64,000 bases of DNA from Ignavibacteriota bacterium (GTDB lineage Bacteria; Bacteroidota; Ignavibacteria; UBA10030; UBA6906). The position numbers were made by a program, and so were the translations under genes. A model generated the notes under the pieces. It ran no database searches and was not told where the DNA came from. It was given only the letters and a program-made list of their open reading frames with translations. Shown here piece by piece: positions 9,682 to 20,350 of this stretch; position 1 is the stretch's first letter; each line of letters starts with the position of its first letter. Location: assembly GCA_963801355.1 (NCBI GenBank), contig CAWDEM010000008.1, forward strand, positions 1,856,001 to 1,920,000. Direction: 5' to 3'.

Positions 9682-12294
9682 TCAAAAATCTATGACAGCC
9701 TCCTTCCCCGAATACCCGATCGTCTTGTCGAGCATCGAAGACGCTTCAACACCTGTTCCTTTGTTTCCTCTGACTAAGACAATTCCGAACGTGTGTGTGT
9801 TTGGCTTCCCCGGGTAGGATCCTTTGCGTGCACCAATAGTCAACCTTTTTCGCGCGTCGTTCCATTTGAAGGTGATCAGAGAATAGAGTCCCTTCTCATA
9901 GTCATAGTTGTTGTTTTCATCCTCGTAGAGCGTGAACACGCCGTCAGCTCCGGGATAGATTCTTATTTCAATGGGGTCGTTCTTTTCCGTGGAGTATTGA
10001 ATGAATGGCCCCATCGGAATGATGGATCCTGCCTTGACCAATAGCGGAATCTTGTCCAGAGGAGCAGCGACTCTTGTCGTGTGGGCTCCAGCAAAGCGTT
10101 TGCCGGTCCAGAAATCATACCAGCCAGCACACACTGGCAAGTACACATCCCACTCAGCTATGTTTGGTTCAGTAACCGGAGCAACCAGAAGCGCCTTCCC
10201 GAACATGAATTCATAAGGATGACTTAAAGCAGAAGTGTCTCCACAAAAGTCCATGACCAACGGCCGCATGATGGTCGACCCTTTGCTTGTAATCTGCCAC
10301 GCCTCGGAATAGATATATGGAAGGAGACGATATCGGAGGTCAAGCATCTTCCGCATGTTCTCTTCAACCCTCTGTCCATACTTCCAGGGCTCGGTTTCAG
10401 ATTGATAGCCATGAATGCGAAAGATGGGATTGAAAGCACCCCACTGGTACCACCGGGTGAGGAGCTCATGGTAGTTTGTGTCGGCGTATTGCGATTGGCC
10501 GGGTCGGAAAAAGCCGCCGATGTCGGTCGTCCAATATGGCAAACCGGTAATTGTATAGTTCAGTCCGGCCATAATCTGCCGTCGGTACGAGTCCCACGTT
10601 CCCCCAACATCGCCCGACCAGTTGATCGTCCCATACCTCTGTTGCCCGAGAAAAGCCGATCGAGTAAGGATACAAACACGTTTATCGGATGTCGCCTTGC
10701 GCTGACCTTCGTACACGGCTTGACTGACGAACAAAGGATAGGTAAGGCGATACAAGTCACCGACACCGAGATAATTTCTCCTGCCTGACAACCCATCGTT
10801 CTCAGGTTCCGTCGCATCCATCCACCATGAATCGACACCGTGGACGAAGAGATTCTCGTTCAGGGCATTCCAATGATACTCACGAGCCACCGGGTTCAAC
10901 ATATCAAGCCAAGGGCTCTCAGGGAGAAAGAGGTTCTTCGCGACGTAGCCTTTGCCGATGTCAGAGTTTTTGTCCACATTCTCCCAGACCGAAATAGAGA
11001 GATGCGCATGCAAATCGTGGAGCGTCTTGATGAATCCCGTCGGATCGGGATAGTTCGCTTCATCGAACTTCATGACGCCCCAACCGTACTTCCCCCAGTA
11101 TTGCCAGTCCTGCACAATAACATCCATGGGAAAGTGTCGTTTCCGAAATTCCTCCACGGTTTCCACAAGATTCGCACTTGACGTATAGCGTTCACGGCAT
11201 TGCCAGAAGCCATAGGCCCAACGGGGCAGCATCGGGACATTGCCGGAGAGGTTCCTGTACGTGGCGATCACGCTGTCGGCCGAAGGCCCATAGAACACGA
11301 CGTAGTCGAGCAGCTTCGCATTGGGAGAACGGAATGTGGTACGGTCCTCATCTCGTTTCCAGGCCAGTGTTGGTTTGTTGGTTGCCCGGCAGACCAATTG
11401 TACCGTGTGTGTTCCGGCATTGAGGTGTACGCGTGCACAGGCAGTCGGCGGCAACCAGAAATTGGTTATGTCGAGGCACGGCTTGCCATCGAGAACAACA
11501 AGCTGACGATTGTCCATGTTGCCCACGTCGAGAAAAATGGCATAGCCGCCATCCTCCTCAACACTGAACTCACCCTTATACAGTGCCTGCTTTGGGGATA
11601 CCTTCTGTGTACCCGATGTTGTGGTGACTTCAGCCACCTTATCATCCCGGGACGATGATTGATTTACTCTTTCGAGGGGAACGACATTGTCGGCAGGATT
11701 GAAATCCGTGAGTCCGTACTGGTGCCAAAGCAGTCCATACCCTTTGCTGGAGTACACGAAGGGAACTGCTATTTGGGAGTTCACCTGGATCAGGCGACGC
11801 GTCACACCTTTCAGGTTGTAGTGCCCGTCCTGGAATTGCCCCAGTCCAAAGAGACTCTCATCCGATGGAGATTCGAAGGCCAACTCCGCTTTGTAGCACC
11901 GTTCACTCATAATAGTATCGGGCAGCAGTTTCCGGGTTCCTCCTTTTTCACCAAGGAACATATTCCCCGCACTATCCTCAAACCATAGTTTGCCGTCCTG
12001 TTTGTCAAGAACAACACCCATGTGTTTGAGTCGTACCTCGAGTCGTAAAGGCAAATCGGAGATCGCAAACCCGGGAGTTCGAGCGCCTGAAGACAGGATA
12101 AGCTCAGGCATCCGTGCGTCACCATCTTTGAAGAACTTGATCCTGACAGCATTGTCAGTCAAAGGACAAATGCTGAGTGTTCCGTCCGGCAGAGTGATGT
12201 TCACTCTATCAGAGAGCTGTTCATACCCTCGTACGGTTTGTCCCAAACAAAGCGACGGAAGCAGGATAATTGCCAAACAGAAAATATATTTCAT
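9682..12294 (-). CDS. GH31 alpha-xylosidase-like enzyme with PA14-like insertion
   Basis: GFWQCRERY, IVQDWQYW, WWMDATEPE, WSGD, RWYQWGAF, YEDE motifs. Confidence 0.92.
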   Translation of the reverse strand: MKYIFCLAIILLPSLCLGQTVRGYEQLSDRVNITLPDGTLSICPLTDNAVRIKFFKDGDARMPELILSSGARTPGFAISDLPLRLEVRLKHMGVVLDKQDGKLWFEDSAGNMFLGEKGGTRKLLPDTIMSERCYKAELAFESPSDESLFGLGQFQDGHYNLKGVTRRLIQVNSQIAVPFVYSSKGYGLLWHQYGLTDFNPADNVVPLERVNQSSSRDDKVAEVTTTSGTQKVSPKQALYKGEFSVEEDGGYAIFLDVGNMDNRQLVVLDGKPCLDITNFWLPPTACARVHLNAGTHTVQLVCRATNKPTLAWKRDEDRTTFRSPNAKLLDYVVFYGPSADSVIATYRNLSGNVPMLPRWAYGFWQCRERYTSSANLVETVEEFRKRHFPMDVIVQDWQYWGKYGWGVMKFDEANYPDPTGFIKTLHDLHAHLSISVWENVDKNSDIGKGYVAKNLFLPESPWLDMLNPVAREYHWNALNENLFVHGVDSWWMDATEPENDGLSGRRNYLGVGDLYRLTYPLFVSQAVYEGQRKATSDKRVCILTRSAFLGQQRYGTINWSGDVGGTWDSYRRQIMAGLNYTITGLPYWTTDIGGFFRPGQSQYADTNYHELLTRWYQWGAFNPIFRIHGYQSETEPWKYGQRVEENMRKMLDLRYRLLPYIYSEAWQITSKGSTIMRPLVMDFCGDTSALSHPYEFMFGKALLVAPVTEPNIAEWDVYLPVCAGWYDFWTGKRFAGAHTTRVAAPLDKIPLLVKAGSIIPMGPFIQYSTEKNDPIEIRIYPGADGVFTLYEDENNNYDYEKGLYSLITFKWNDARKRLTIGARKGSYPGKPNTHTFGIVLVRGNKGTGVEASSMLDKTIGYSGKEAVIDF

Positions 12295-12417
12295 TGTTTT
12301 TCTACCTGTTCATAGATGGTCTCACCATTGCTTGAATCACAACCTGTGCCGACTGGAGACCTTCGGAGGTCGCGGAAAGGTAGTAGGACATTTGATAGTT
12401 GACGCCAAACACATGAG

Positions 12418-12574
12418 CCACGACGCGTCATTGTATTCCGGTCGTTCAGCGCCTGTCATTTCACCGCGCAGAATCGCCAGGTCGAATCACACGATTGGAC
12501 TTGTCTCGGTACCCCTGCGGCCGCACATTCACAGATCATAAGTCCCACAAGAAGCGCACGCGCCGCACGTTCAT
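12418..12574 (-). pseudogene. Frameshifted N-terminal stub of a GH2-type gene
   Basis: ATG overlaps the upstream stop; pieces PRQVQSCDSTWRF and TGAERPEYNDASW lie in different frames. Confidence 0.55.
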
Positions 12575-15021
12575 TGTGATTTCCTTCGAAGAGATTCTGG
12601 ATTCTCTTTAGCCCCGGCAATGATGGTGACATGTGCGTCAGGCAATCCCGGCGAGCTTGTCGTGAGGTTGATGCTGCCTGCGCGTTTCGTGCTTCTGATG
12701 ACGACAAGCGCACGACCATGCCACGCTCTGCGCATTGTGCCGACATATTGATCAACGTCCTTGGTATCGGCATTCCCCACTCCGACAATAGTCCCCGGAC
12801 CGCTGATGCTGAATTGCATGCGATTCTGTGCATTCGGTTGCAGCGTTCCATCCTTGTCGTTGACTTCAATTCCAACAAACGACAGGTCTTGTCCATCTGC
12901 AGAGATTGTTCGTCGGTCCGGGCGAAGGGATATCCTGGAAGCACGCCCAGCCGATCGCAGGACGGTTCGTTCCGCTTCTTTGTTGTCTTGCACACCAACC
13001 GCCTCCAACTTGCCGGGAGCGTACGGCACATGAAATGTCGCTTTGAACTCCTGTTCTTCTGCTGTCGCTTGTTCGCCTACGAGTTCCCTATTCAGGTACA
13101 GTCGGACTTTGGGGTACTTTGAATACACCTCTACCTGGAGAACCTTTCCTTCGTACCCCGGCCAGGTCCAACTTTCCCATGTTGGCCAAACGGACCAAAG
13201 AGTCTCCTTGATTTCCAGCGGTTCCGGATTGGGTTCTCGAACAGCCATGTAGAGTTTTTCCGTGTTGTTGTTCAGCATGTTCCGATAATGGGAGACTGGT
13301 CTTCTCCATCCGATCAGATCAATATCACCGCACGATGCAGCGTGCCAAGGGAACAGATTACTCTCCCAGTGTTCGCCAGGTGCCTCGCCTGTGTAGTACC
13401 ATCGACCGATGCCGGATTCGCCAAGATAATCAAGCGCCGTCCACACGAAGTCACCAATGATGTAGTTGTGGCTGTATACCATTTTCCAACTCGAGAAGGC
13501 ATCTCTCGGATATGACTCCGTTTGAACGATAATGCGGCCAGGAACCCGCTCATGATCAGTCGGAGCCCGATTGAGTTGATAGTTATATCCGCCGATGTCA
13601 TGGACTGCAAAAAGCGAATCGAACATTTCCCACTCTTTGTCCCAGGTGGTCATCGCAGAGGTGACCGGACGTGTTGGATCATGTTCGCGGACACATTGTG
13701 CAAGCGATCTTGCCGTTTCAATAGCATCCGGTTTCTTCCGTTCGATGATTTCGTTGCCAGTACTCCAGAGAACAATCGATGGATGGTTTCGGTCACGTAA
13801 CACCATCGCTTCTATGTCCCGTTGCCACCACTCATCAAAAGAGAGAGCGTAATCGAAGGGTGTTTTGCTTTCTCTCCAACCGTCGAATGCTTCGTCGATG
13901 ACCATCATTCCCAATCTGTCGCACGCTTCCAGGAACGCCGTTGACGGCGGATTATGCGCAGTGCGAATCGCATTGAACCCAGCCGACTTGAGCAATTCAA
14001 TCCGGCGTTCCTCGGCACGATCAAACGCAGCGGCACCCAGACAACCATTGTCGTGGTGGACGCACCCTCCATTCAGCTTCACGGTCTTTCCATTGAGCTG
14101 AAATCCATTGTCCACAGAGAAAGCTATTGAACGTACTCCAAAGGTGGTATAAGTCTCGTCGATGAGACTACCGTCCTTCATCACTCGTACGTTCGCTTGA
14201 TAGAGATGAGGCGTTTCCGGTGTCCATAACGCCGGCGTCGTCATGAGAATGGTTTGGTTGAGTTCCTTTTCGCTTTTTGCCCGCAATTCTACTCGTATCT
14301 GATTCTCCCCTACCTTGTCTGCACGTGCTCCCAGAAGCTGAGTCTCAAGAATCACGCTTTGCGATGAGTCCGTTTCATTCGCCAGCAGCGTCGTAATCTG
14401 AACGGTTGCATTGTCAGTCGACTCCTCACGCGTTGTGATTCCTACTCCCCAAGTGGCAATATGCACGGGGTCGGTAACGACCAACCAGACATGCCGATAG
14501 ATGCCGGAACCACTGTACCAGCGACAGTTCATTTGATGTGAGTTGTCTACCCGCACGGCGAGGACATTCTCTCTGTTGAAGTCCAGGTAAGGCGAGAGGT
14601 CATAACGAAACGTGGTATACCCATACGGATGCACACCGAGAGATTTCCCATTGAGGAAAACCTCTGAACTCATATACACCCCTTCAAAACAGATTGATAC
14701 GCATTTGCCTTGCCACGACGGAGGAGCCCCGAATGTCTTTCGGTACCATCCCACACCCGCAGGGAAGAAGCCTCCGCCACCACCAGTCGGATTGTTCGGA
14801 CTAAGCCTACCTTCGATACTCCAGTCATGCGGCAAGTCCAGTGTTCGCCACTTCTTGTCGTCACAGTCGTTGGCACTGGCTGACGGTTGATCTCCCAGAA
14901 AGAACTTCCAGTTGTCATCGAAGAGTCTCGACCGTTGGACAATATCCTGGCCTTTGCTGCACACGACGAAGCTCAGGAGGAATACTACCGCTAGCGTCGG
15001 TTGTGTGAAAAATTGTAGCAT
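12571..15021 (-). CDS. GH2 beta-galactosidase
   Basis: LDLPHDWSIE, RWYSGSGIYR, GCVHHD, IRTAHNP, RDRNHPSIVLWSTGNE, GDFVWTALDYLGE. Confidence 0.93.
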   Translation of the reverse strand: MLQFFTQPTLAVVFLLSFVVCSKGQDIVQRSRLFDDNWKFFLGDQPSASANDCDDKKWRTLDLPHDWSIEGRLSPNNPTGGGGGFFPAGVGWYRKTFGAPPSWQGKCVSICFEGVYMSSEVFLNGKSLGVHPYGYTTFRYDLSPYLDFNRENVLAVRVDNSHQMNCRWYSGSGIYRHVWLVVTDPVHIATWGVGITTREESTDNATVQITTLLANETDSSQSVILETQLLGARADKVGENQIRVELRAKSEKELNQTILMTTPALWTPETPHLYQANVRVMKDGSLIDETYTTFGVRSIAFSVDNGFQLNGKTVKLNGGCVHHDNGCLGAAAFDRAEERRIELLKSAGFNAIRTAHNPPSTAFLEACDRLGMMVIDEAFDGWRESKTPFDYALSFDEWWQRDIEAMVLRDRNHPSIVLWSTGNEIIERKKPDAIETARSLAQCVREHDPTRPVTSAMTTWDKEWEMFDSLFAVHDIGGYNYQLNRAPTDHERVPGRIIVQTESYPRDAFSSWKMVYSHNYIIGDFVWTALDYLGESGIGRWYYTGEAPGEHWESNLFPWHAASCGDIDLIGWRRPVSHYRNMLNNNTEKLYMAVREPNPEPLEIKETLWSVWPTWESWTWPGYEGKVLQVEVYSKYPKVRLYLNRELVGEQATAEEQEFKATFHVPYAPGKLEAVGVQDNKEAERTVLRSAGRASRISLRPDRRTISADGQDLSFVGIEVNDKDGTLQPNAQNRMQFSISGPGTIVGVGNADTKDVDQYVGTMRRAWHGRALVVIRSTKRAGSINLTTSSPGLPDAHVTIIAGAKENPESLRRKSQ

Positions 15022-15078
15022 GCTCTGGTCATGTTTTGTGAGCGACTCGGGGCTCTGGGCCGAAGACCGGCTTTCCGC

Positions 15079-17499
15079 CTATGGTTGAATGACAACTTTC
15101 TTCCCATCGTACACAACGACTTTGTCATACTTTTCAACGGAACCCATCCCGACACCTTTGTTCTTCGAAACCCATACGATGTTGAATTTCCTCTGATTGA
15201 GCATTCCAGGGAAGGAACCGGTCCTCTCGCTGATTGTCAGAGCTTTCTTCGCATCGTCCCAGGAAAAGGCAATTGTGGAGAAGGCTCCCTTCTCATAGTC
15301 GTAGTTGTCCTTTTCATCTTCGTACAGCGTGAACTCGCCATCAGCTCCCGGATACACGCGTACTTCCAGACTCTCCCACTGCTTTTCGCCGGCATACTGC
15401 ACCTTGGGTCCGAGGGAAATCACCGAACCTGCTCTTACGTACAATGGTATCATGTCTATCGGGGTGACCTTGTTGACAGTGTGCCCGCCGTCATGCTTTT
15501 CGCCTGTCCAGAAATCATACCAGCCGGTACCTGCAGGCAGATAGACGTGCGTTGTTTTGACATTTCCGAAATTTGCGATCCGGGAGGTATCTTTTCCGCT
15601 TACAACCGTATCCACATACAAGGGTTGTGTCACCGGACACACCAGAAGCGACTTGCCGAACATGTATTCGTTGTCGGTATCCAGCGCATTTCGATCCTTC
15701 ACGAAATCCATCATGAGCGCGCGCATCATGGTGGATTGATGGGCAGTAACATCCCAGGAGGCCGAATAAATATAGGGCAGCAATGAATAACGCAGGGTTA
15801 TCGCTTTCTCGATCGCATCGTAGATCTTCTCGCCTTTCTTGCCAAATTGATAGATCTCACGGGGAGCATCAGTACCATGGGAGCGCATCATCGGGCAGAA
15901 TCCGCCGAACTGAATCCAGCGCACATACAGTTCGCGGTAGTTGGGATCGCTCAGTCCTTGGGGAAAATTCCAGAGGAAGAATCCGCCGATATCGGAGTTC
16001 CAGTACGGTACTCCGCTGAGCGAGAAGTTGAGCCCGGCAGAAATTTGAGCTCGTAGCGCACCCCATGATGCAACGACATCTCCCGACCAGGTATTCGACC
16101 CATAGCGTTGTTGTCCCGCAAACGCTGAACGCGTGAGAATGAATACCCGTTTGTCGGAGGAGGCCGAACGCTGATGATCGTAGACGCCGCCGACATGCAT
16201 TAGGGGAAACGCGTTTCGCACCTTGCGGAACGAGCCCAGGTATGTCTTGTTGTCGAAATCGGCGGGCTTGAAGTCCATGTGATCCGGCTCCGACGAATCG
16301 AGCCACCATCCATCAATGCCCAGCGAGAACAATCCCTTGTTCAGATGCTCCCAAAAAATCGAACGGGCTTCCGGATTGTAGACATCGTACACGCGCACAC
16401 CCGACGGGAATTTTGGGTCGGGGGGCCACTCGTCCTTTGAACTCATTGGCCATGTTTTGATATCGAACAACATGCCCTTCTTGCTCATGATCTCAAACTG
16501 TTTGGTCTTCGGACCGAAGGATGCCCAGACGGAAATGATGATGTGTGCATTTATGGAATGAATGCTGTCGATCATTTTCCTGGGTTCGGGAAACTCAGGG
16601 TTCATGAACTCCATGGCATTCCAGTGGAAGTTGTCTCCCCAGTACTGCCAGTCCTGAATGATGCCATCCAGGGGAACGCCCAGTTCACGATATTTCTTGA
16701 CTACGTCGACAGTCTCAAACTGACTCTTGTATCGCTCTTTGCTTTGCCAATAGCCGTACGTCCAGAGTGGAAACATAGGCACTTGCCCGGTGAGACCGCG
16801 CATCAGCGAGATGACCCCATCCGCATTGCCGCCATACATGAAATAGTAGTCAATACAATCGCCTACATCCGATGTGAATGATGTGCCTGCCGAGTCGTCG
16901 ACAAAGAGCGTCGGAGAGTAATTGTCCCAGAACAGCCCATATCCCTTGACCGACTGGAAGAACGGGACGTAGTCATCGGTATTGCCCTGGATCATGGTGA
17001 GGGTCTGGTTCCGTTGGCTCATCTTGCCTTTCTGTTGCTGTCCCAAACCGTAGATCGCCTCGTCTCTCTCTAGGACAAATGACTGGCATACGCTAAAAGT
17101 GTTTGTCCCAGCATCGTCGCGTGGTGCAAACATCTCCCCAGGTTCTTTTTCGCGCAACAACGGCACGCCCGATCGTGTCGCAAAGGCAATCTCTCCACTT
17201 TTCAAGTTCAGGATCACATGGATTCTCTCGGCTTCCACACGGAGTTCATCGCCGATCTGCCCTGCGTCAAATGGCACCTTGTCCGGGACCTGAACTACCG
17301 AGAGACTTCGCTTCGTAGAGAGTGTACCCTCAGGCGATTTCAGCACTCTCACAAGAGACGGACTGTAGAACTGAATCTCCGTGGTGACTGAGTGAATGGT
17401 CAACCGTACACCACTGTCGGTCTTCTGATACGGTTGAGCCCTAGCAGCCACGACAATGACCCAGAAAAATGATGCGATGGTCAAGAATGTCCTATTCAT
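15079..17499 (-). CDS. GH31 alpha-xylosidase-like enzyme
   Basis: GYWQSKERY, IIQDWQYW, WWLDSSEPD, WSGD, RSHGT. Confidence 0.93.
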   Translation of the reverse strand: MNRTFLTIASFFWVIVVAARAQPYQKTDSGVRLTIHSVTTEIQFYSPSLVRVLKSPEGTLSTKRSLSVVQVPDKVPFDAGQIGDELRVEAERIHVILNLKSGEIAFATRSGVPLLREKEPGEMFAPRDDAGTNTFSVCQSFVLERDEAIYGLGQQQKGKMSQRNQTLTMIQGNTDDYVPFFQSVKGYGLFWDNYSPTLFVDDSAGTSFTSDVGDCIDYYFMYGGNADGVISLMRGLTGQVPMFPLWTYGYWQSKERYKSQFETVDVVKKYRELGVPLDGIIQDWQYWGDNFHWNAMEFMNPEFPEPRKMIDSIHSINAHIIISVWASFGPKTKQFEIMSKKGMLFDIKTWPMSSKDEWPPDPKFPSGVRVYDVYNPEARSIFWEHLNKGLFSLGIDGWWLDSSEPDHMDFKPADFDNKTYLGSFRKVRNAFPLMHVGGVYDHQRSASSDKRVFILTRSAFAGQQRYGSNTWSGDVVASWGALRAQISAGLNFSLSGVPYWNSDIGGFFLWNFPQGLSDPNYRELYVRWIQFGGFCPMMRSHGTDAPREIYQFGKKGEKIYDAIEKAITLRYSLLPYIYSASWDVTAHQSTMMRALMMDFVKDRNALDTDNEYMFGKSLLVCPVTQPLYVDTVVSGKDTSRIANFGNVKTTHVYLPAGTGWYDFWTGEKHDGGHTVNKVTPIDMIPLYVRAGSVISLGPKVQYAGEKQWESLEVRVYPGADGEFTLYEDEKDNYDYEKGAFSTIAFSWDDAKKALTISERTGSFPGMLNQRKFNIVWVSKNKGVGMGSVEKYDKVVVYDGKKVVIQP

Positions 17500-17654
17500 G
17501 CCTTGAGTCCGTTCTTGAGTAGGGTTGATCTTCCGTTATCCATTTCCTAGAAAGTTGGATAGGAGCAACTATAGATGCATTTCCACCGGTTTTTTCTCCG
17601 GCAAGTGCAGGTCGCAGTTGGCCGTGCCCAGCTTAAGCGCCTGGTTAGCGGCCC

Positions 17655-20321
17655 CTACCGCTTCTCCTCAAGGCGCCCGTATATGTACTGACACGCAGTG
17701 TCGGTGCACCTTGAGAGCCGGAACTGCCCACCCGTGATGACGCTCTGGATCTTGTGAAGTGTCACTGGTTCGCCATCGATCACGAAAGCCACCTTCCCGC
17801 CAAGGTGCTCGCGTGTCAGTTTCTCCAACTTGCTCGACGCTTCGGACGTCAGTTCCAACCGCAACTCGGGGAAGCCGTTCTCCCCTTTGATCTGCAGCTC
17901 TGGGGTCCTGGCCAGAATGAGCGGCACATCGGCTGTTTTCGATAACAGCAGGTACCGGGGCTCGCCACGCTCGGTATCCCGCAGGAACTTGCAGTCGTAG
18001 TGCACGACCTGCTGCCCGGGGCTTGCGGCAGGAAGCGCAGCTGCGCTATCTTCCACCGCCAAGACTAGGTAGAAGCCGGTCTGGCGCATGTCGGCCTCTT
18101 CGTATCTATCCCCTCTGGCCAGTTGTCGATATAGGGCAGGATCGTACTCTTCCAGACCAGCGATGCTGTACAGATGATTGGCCGAAATCCAGGGCAGCCA
18201 GAACCGGTGGCCTCCGACACCGCGCCCGGGCCCACCCGGCCCCATGCGCCAACCCTCTTGTTGCCATCCGATGCCTTTCATGTCGTACTGGCGTCCCGGA
18301 AGAGCGACCATGGATTTGGTGTCGTGCAACAGTACCCGTGCGACATCGAGGTAATGCTGGTCCTTTGTGTAGCTATACAGCTTCGCATACGAGGGCACGG
18401 CCCAATCCAGGTACTCATCCACGCTGCCTGCAACGCGGGTCGTTATTCCCTGAACTCCGACGGTCGGCACGCCTTTCTTCCAGTGGAGATGCGCGTCCTC
18501 CGCATCGAGCGGCATCGGCAGGTTCCAGATCCAGATCCAGCTTTCGGCGAAGTCCGCTGCCGCTTTTGCACGTTCCAACCATTTGATCTCCTTGATTGAG
18601 TCATAGAGACTCAGATAGGCCTCCATGCTCAGCATTCCGGCTTCTTTGTCGGTGATGTTCGGATTGTCGCTGGCCCCGCCGACGAAGAGCCCTCGGGTTC
18701 CCCAGTTCGCCCAAACGTATTCTGCTGCACGGACGGCCGCCTGCCGATACTTGGGATCGCCCGTCTCCTCGGTCATCATGACGAGCAGTGGCACGGGACA
18801 GTAGCTCGTCGTTCCTGTCGACTCCGCGACCTCGCTGCTCCCGGGTTTCCATCGTCGAGGAAAAGATCCATCCTCCCTTTGCTGCACGATCAGCCAGTCG
18901 ACATACGACTTGACCCAGCTGAACCATTCTGGATGCTGGCGACCGAGGGCGTGCTCACGTCGATACGTCCGCATCAGCACGCGCATGTCTTCGGTTGCGT
19001 TCCGCAGCCAGGGGGCGAGCCAAATGTGGTCCCAAGGCTTTCCAGTGGCAAGATCGTAGCCTGTCGCCTGAAGCGGCACTGTTGGAAGGGCCTGGATCAT
19101 GGATGAAATAATCGCCAGCCCGATCCTGCGCATGTTCTGCCCACGGCCGGTACTGTCATGATCGCCTTCGCGCAACAACTGGTCCGCACACTCGATGTTT
19201 TTGCTTACGAAGCCCATCGCTGCCATCGTCCAATTCCACTGCGGGTGGTTCGTATCAAATGTCGCAACCGCAAATGGAATGGCGGTGCGCCCGTCAATAG
19301 TGGCGGCCTGCGCGGCTAGGTGGTCCGTCAGAACGCGACGGATCTGCTCGACGTCGATAGTGGTGATCGCGGGTTTCAACGTGCTCCACGCCCATCGCCA
19401 GGTGTTTCGAGTGACGTCTCGAAACGACTCGTTGAGACCGAATCGAACATCCACCTCGTAACTGTGGGCGACTCCATCAGAGATCGGATGGAAGCGTCGG
19501 ATCCATCGTGGTTGCATCGGTGCGTTGGGACCGAAGGCGTACATACTCATTGTCCCGGGAAAGTGGAAACCGAACTCGATTGGACTCTCGTCTGCCTGCC
19601 ACGCCCCGAATGCGCCGAATTGAAATCTCCCATCGATCATCACATCGCTCGAAAGCTTCGTCTCTTCGACGGTCGATTCGCCTCGCGGTGAAGGATCCAG
19701 TAGAGCCACCGAGGAGCCGTTGCTGAAAGAGAGCGCAAACAAGGGAGCCGGGAGAATATCTTCGCGCATGAGGAATCGCCGCGCGGCGTAGTTCATTGTT
19801 CCGCCGGGAGAGCGGTCGCCATTGTACGCAACGTCACCGTACAACGCACCTGGAGCCAGGCAATTTACGTCAACCCAGCGCACGGAAGGATCGACCGCAA
19901 GCACGACAGACGAATTGAAACCACCTGGAGCATTCCCCACCACATCCACCGTCCGCCGCACCGAAACCACCGCTCCGGCCACGCTCCACTGGTCGTTCAC
20001 ACGAAACACAACATTGTCGCCGTATGCGATTTCGGCGCGTGCATCGAAACCCGAGGCTGACTGCTGAACTGCTGTGTATCCGGCTGCAAGCTCGCGGATA
20101 TCCTCTTCGGTCCGAAAGACCTCGATCTGTGCAGGCTTCAGTTGCGCCATTCGGGGAGCGATGCCATCAGACATTTGGATACCCCACTCCCCTCCTGCAG
20201 CACGGACGAACGAGACCGTTGCCCCGGTCTGCAATCTTCCAAGTTCCACCCGATCGCCTTGTTGCGCGAAGACCGCCGAGGCTGTCAGACATAACTCAAG
20301 TATCACGCATTTGCCCAACAT
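17655..20321 (-). CDS. Secreted uncharacterised protein (six-hairpin glycosidase-like) with SecDF-head-like C-terminal module
   Basis: Signal peptide; QQREDGSF, YRQAAVRAAEY, DNPNITDKEAG, WLERAKAAADF helical repeats; tail LELTSEASSKLEKLTREHLGGKVAFVIDGE..IQSVITGG. Confidence 0.7.
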   Translation of the reverse strand: MLGKCVILELCLTASAVFAQQGDRVELGRLQTGATVSFVRAAGGEWGIQMSDGIAPRMAQLKPAQIEVFRTEEDIRELAAGYTAVQQSASGFDARAEIAYGDNVVFRVNDQWSVAGAVVSVRRTVDVVGNAPGGFNSSVVLAVDPSVRWVDVNCLAPGALYGDVAYNGDRSPGGTMNYAARRFLMREDILPAPLFALSFSNGSSVALLDPSPRGESTVEETKLSSDVMIDGRFQFGAFGAWQADESPIEFGFHFPGTMSMYAFGPNAPMQPRWIRRFHPISDGVAHSYEVDVRFGLNESFRDVTRNTWRWAWSTLKPAITTIDVEQIRRVLTDHLAAQAATIDGRTAIPFAVATFDTNHPQWNWTMAAMGFVSKNIECADQLLREGDHDSTGRGQNMRRIGLAIISSMIQALPTVPLQATGYDLATGKPWDHIWLAPWLRNATEDMRVLMRTYRREHALGRQHPEWFSWVKSYVDWLIVQQREDGSFPRRWKPGSSEVAESTGTTSYCPVPLLVMMTEETGDPKYRQAAVRAAEYVWANWGTRGLFVGGASDNPNITDKEAGMLSMEAYLSLYDSIKEIKWLERAKAAADFAESWIWIWNLPMPLDAEDAHLHWKKGVPTVGVQGITTRVAGSVDEYLDWAVPSYAKLYSYTKDQHYLDVARVLLHDTKSMVALPGRQYDMKGIGWQQEGWRMGPGGPGRGVGGHRFWLPWISANHLYSIAGLEEYDPALYRQLARGDRYEEADMRQTGFYLVLAVEDSAAALPAASPGQQVVHYDCKFLRDTERGEPRYLLLSKTADVPLILARTPELQIKGENGFPELRLELTSEASSKLEKLTREHLGGKVAFVIDGEPVTLHKIQSVITGGQFRLSRCTDTACQYIYGRLEEKR

Positions 20322-20350
20322 CCAGTATTCCTGCTCTATCAAGTTGAAGT

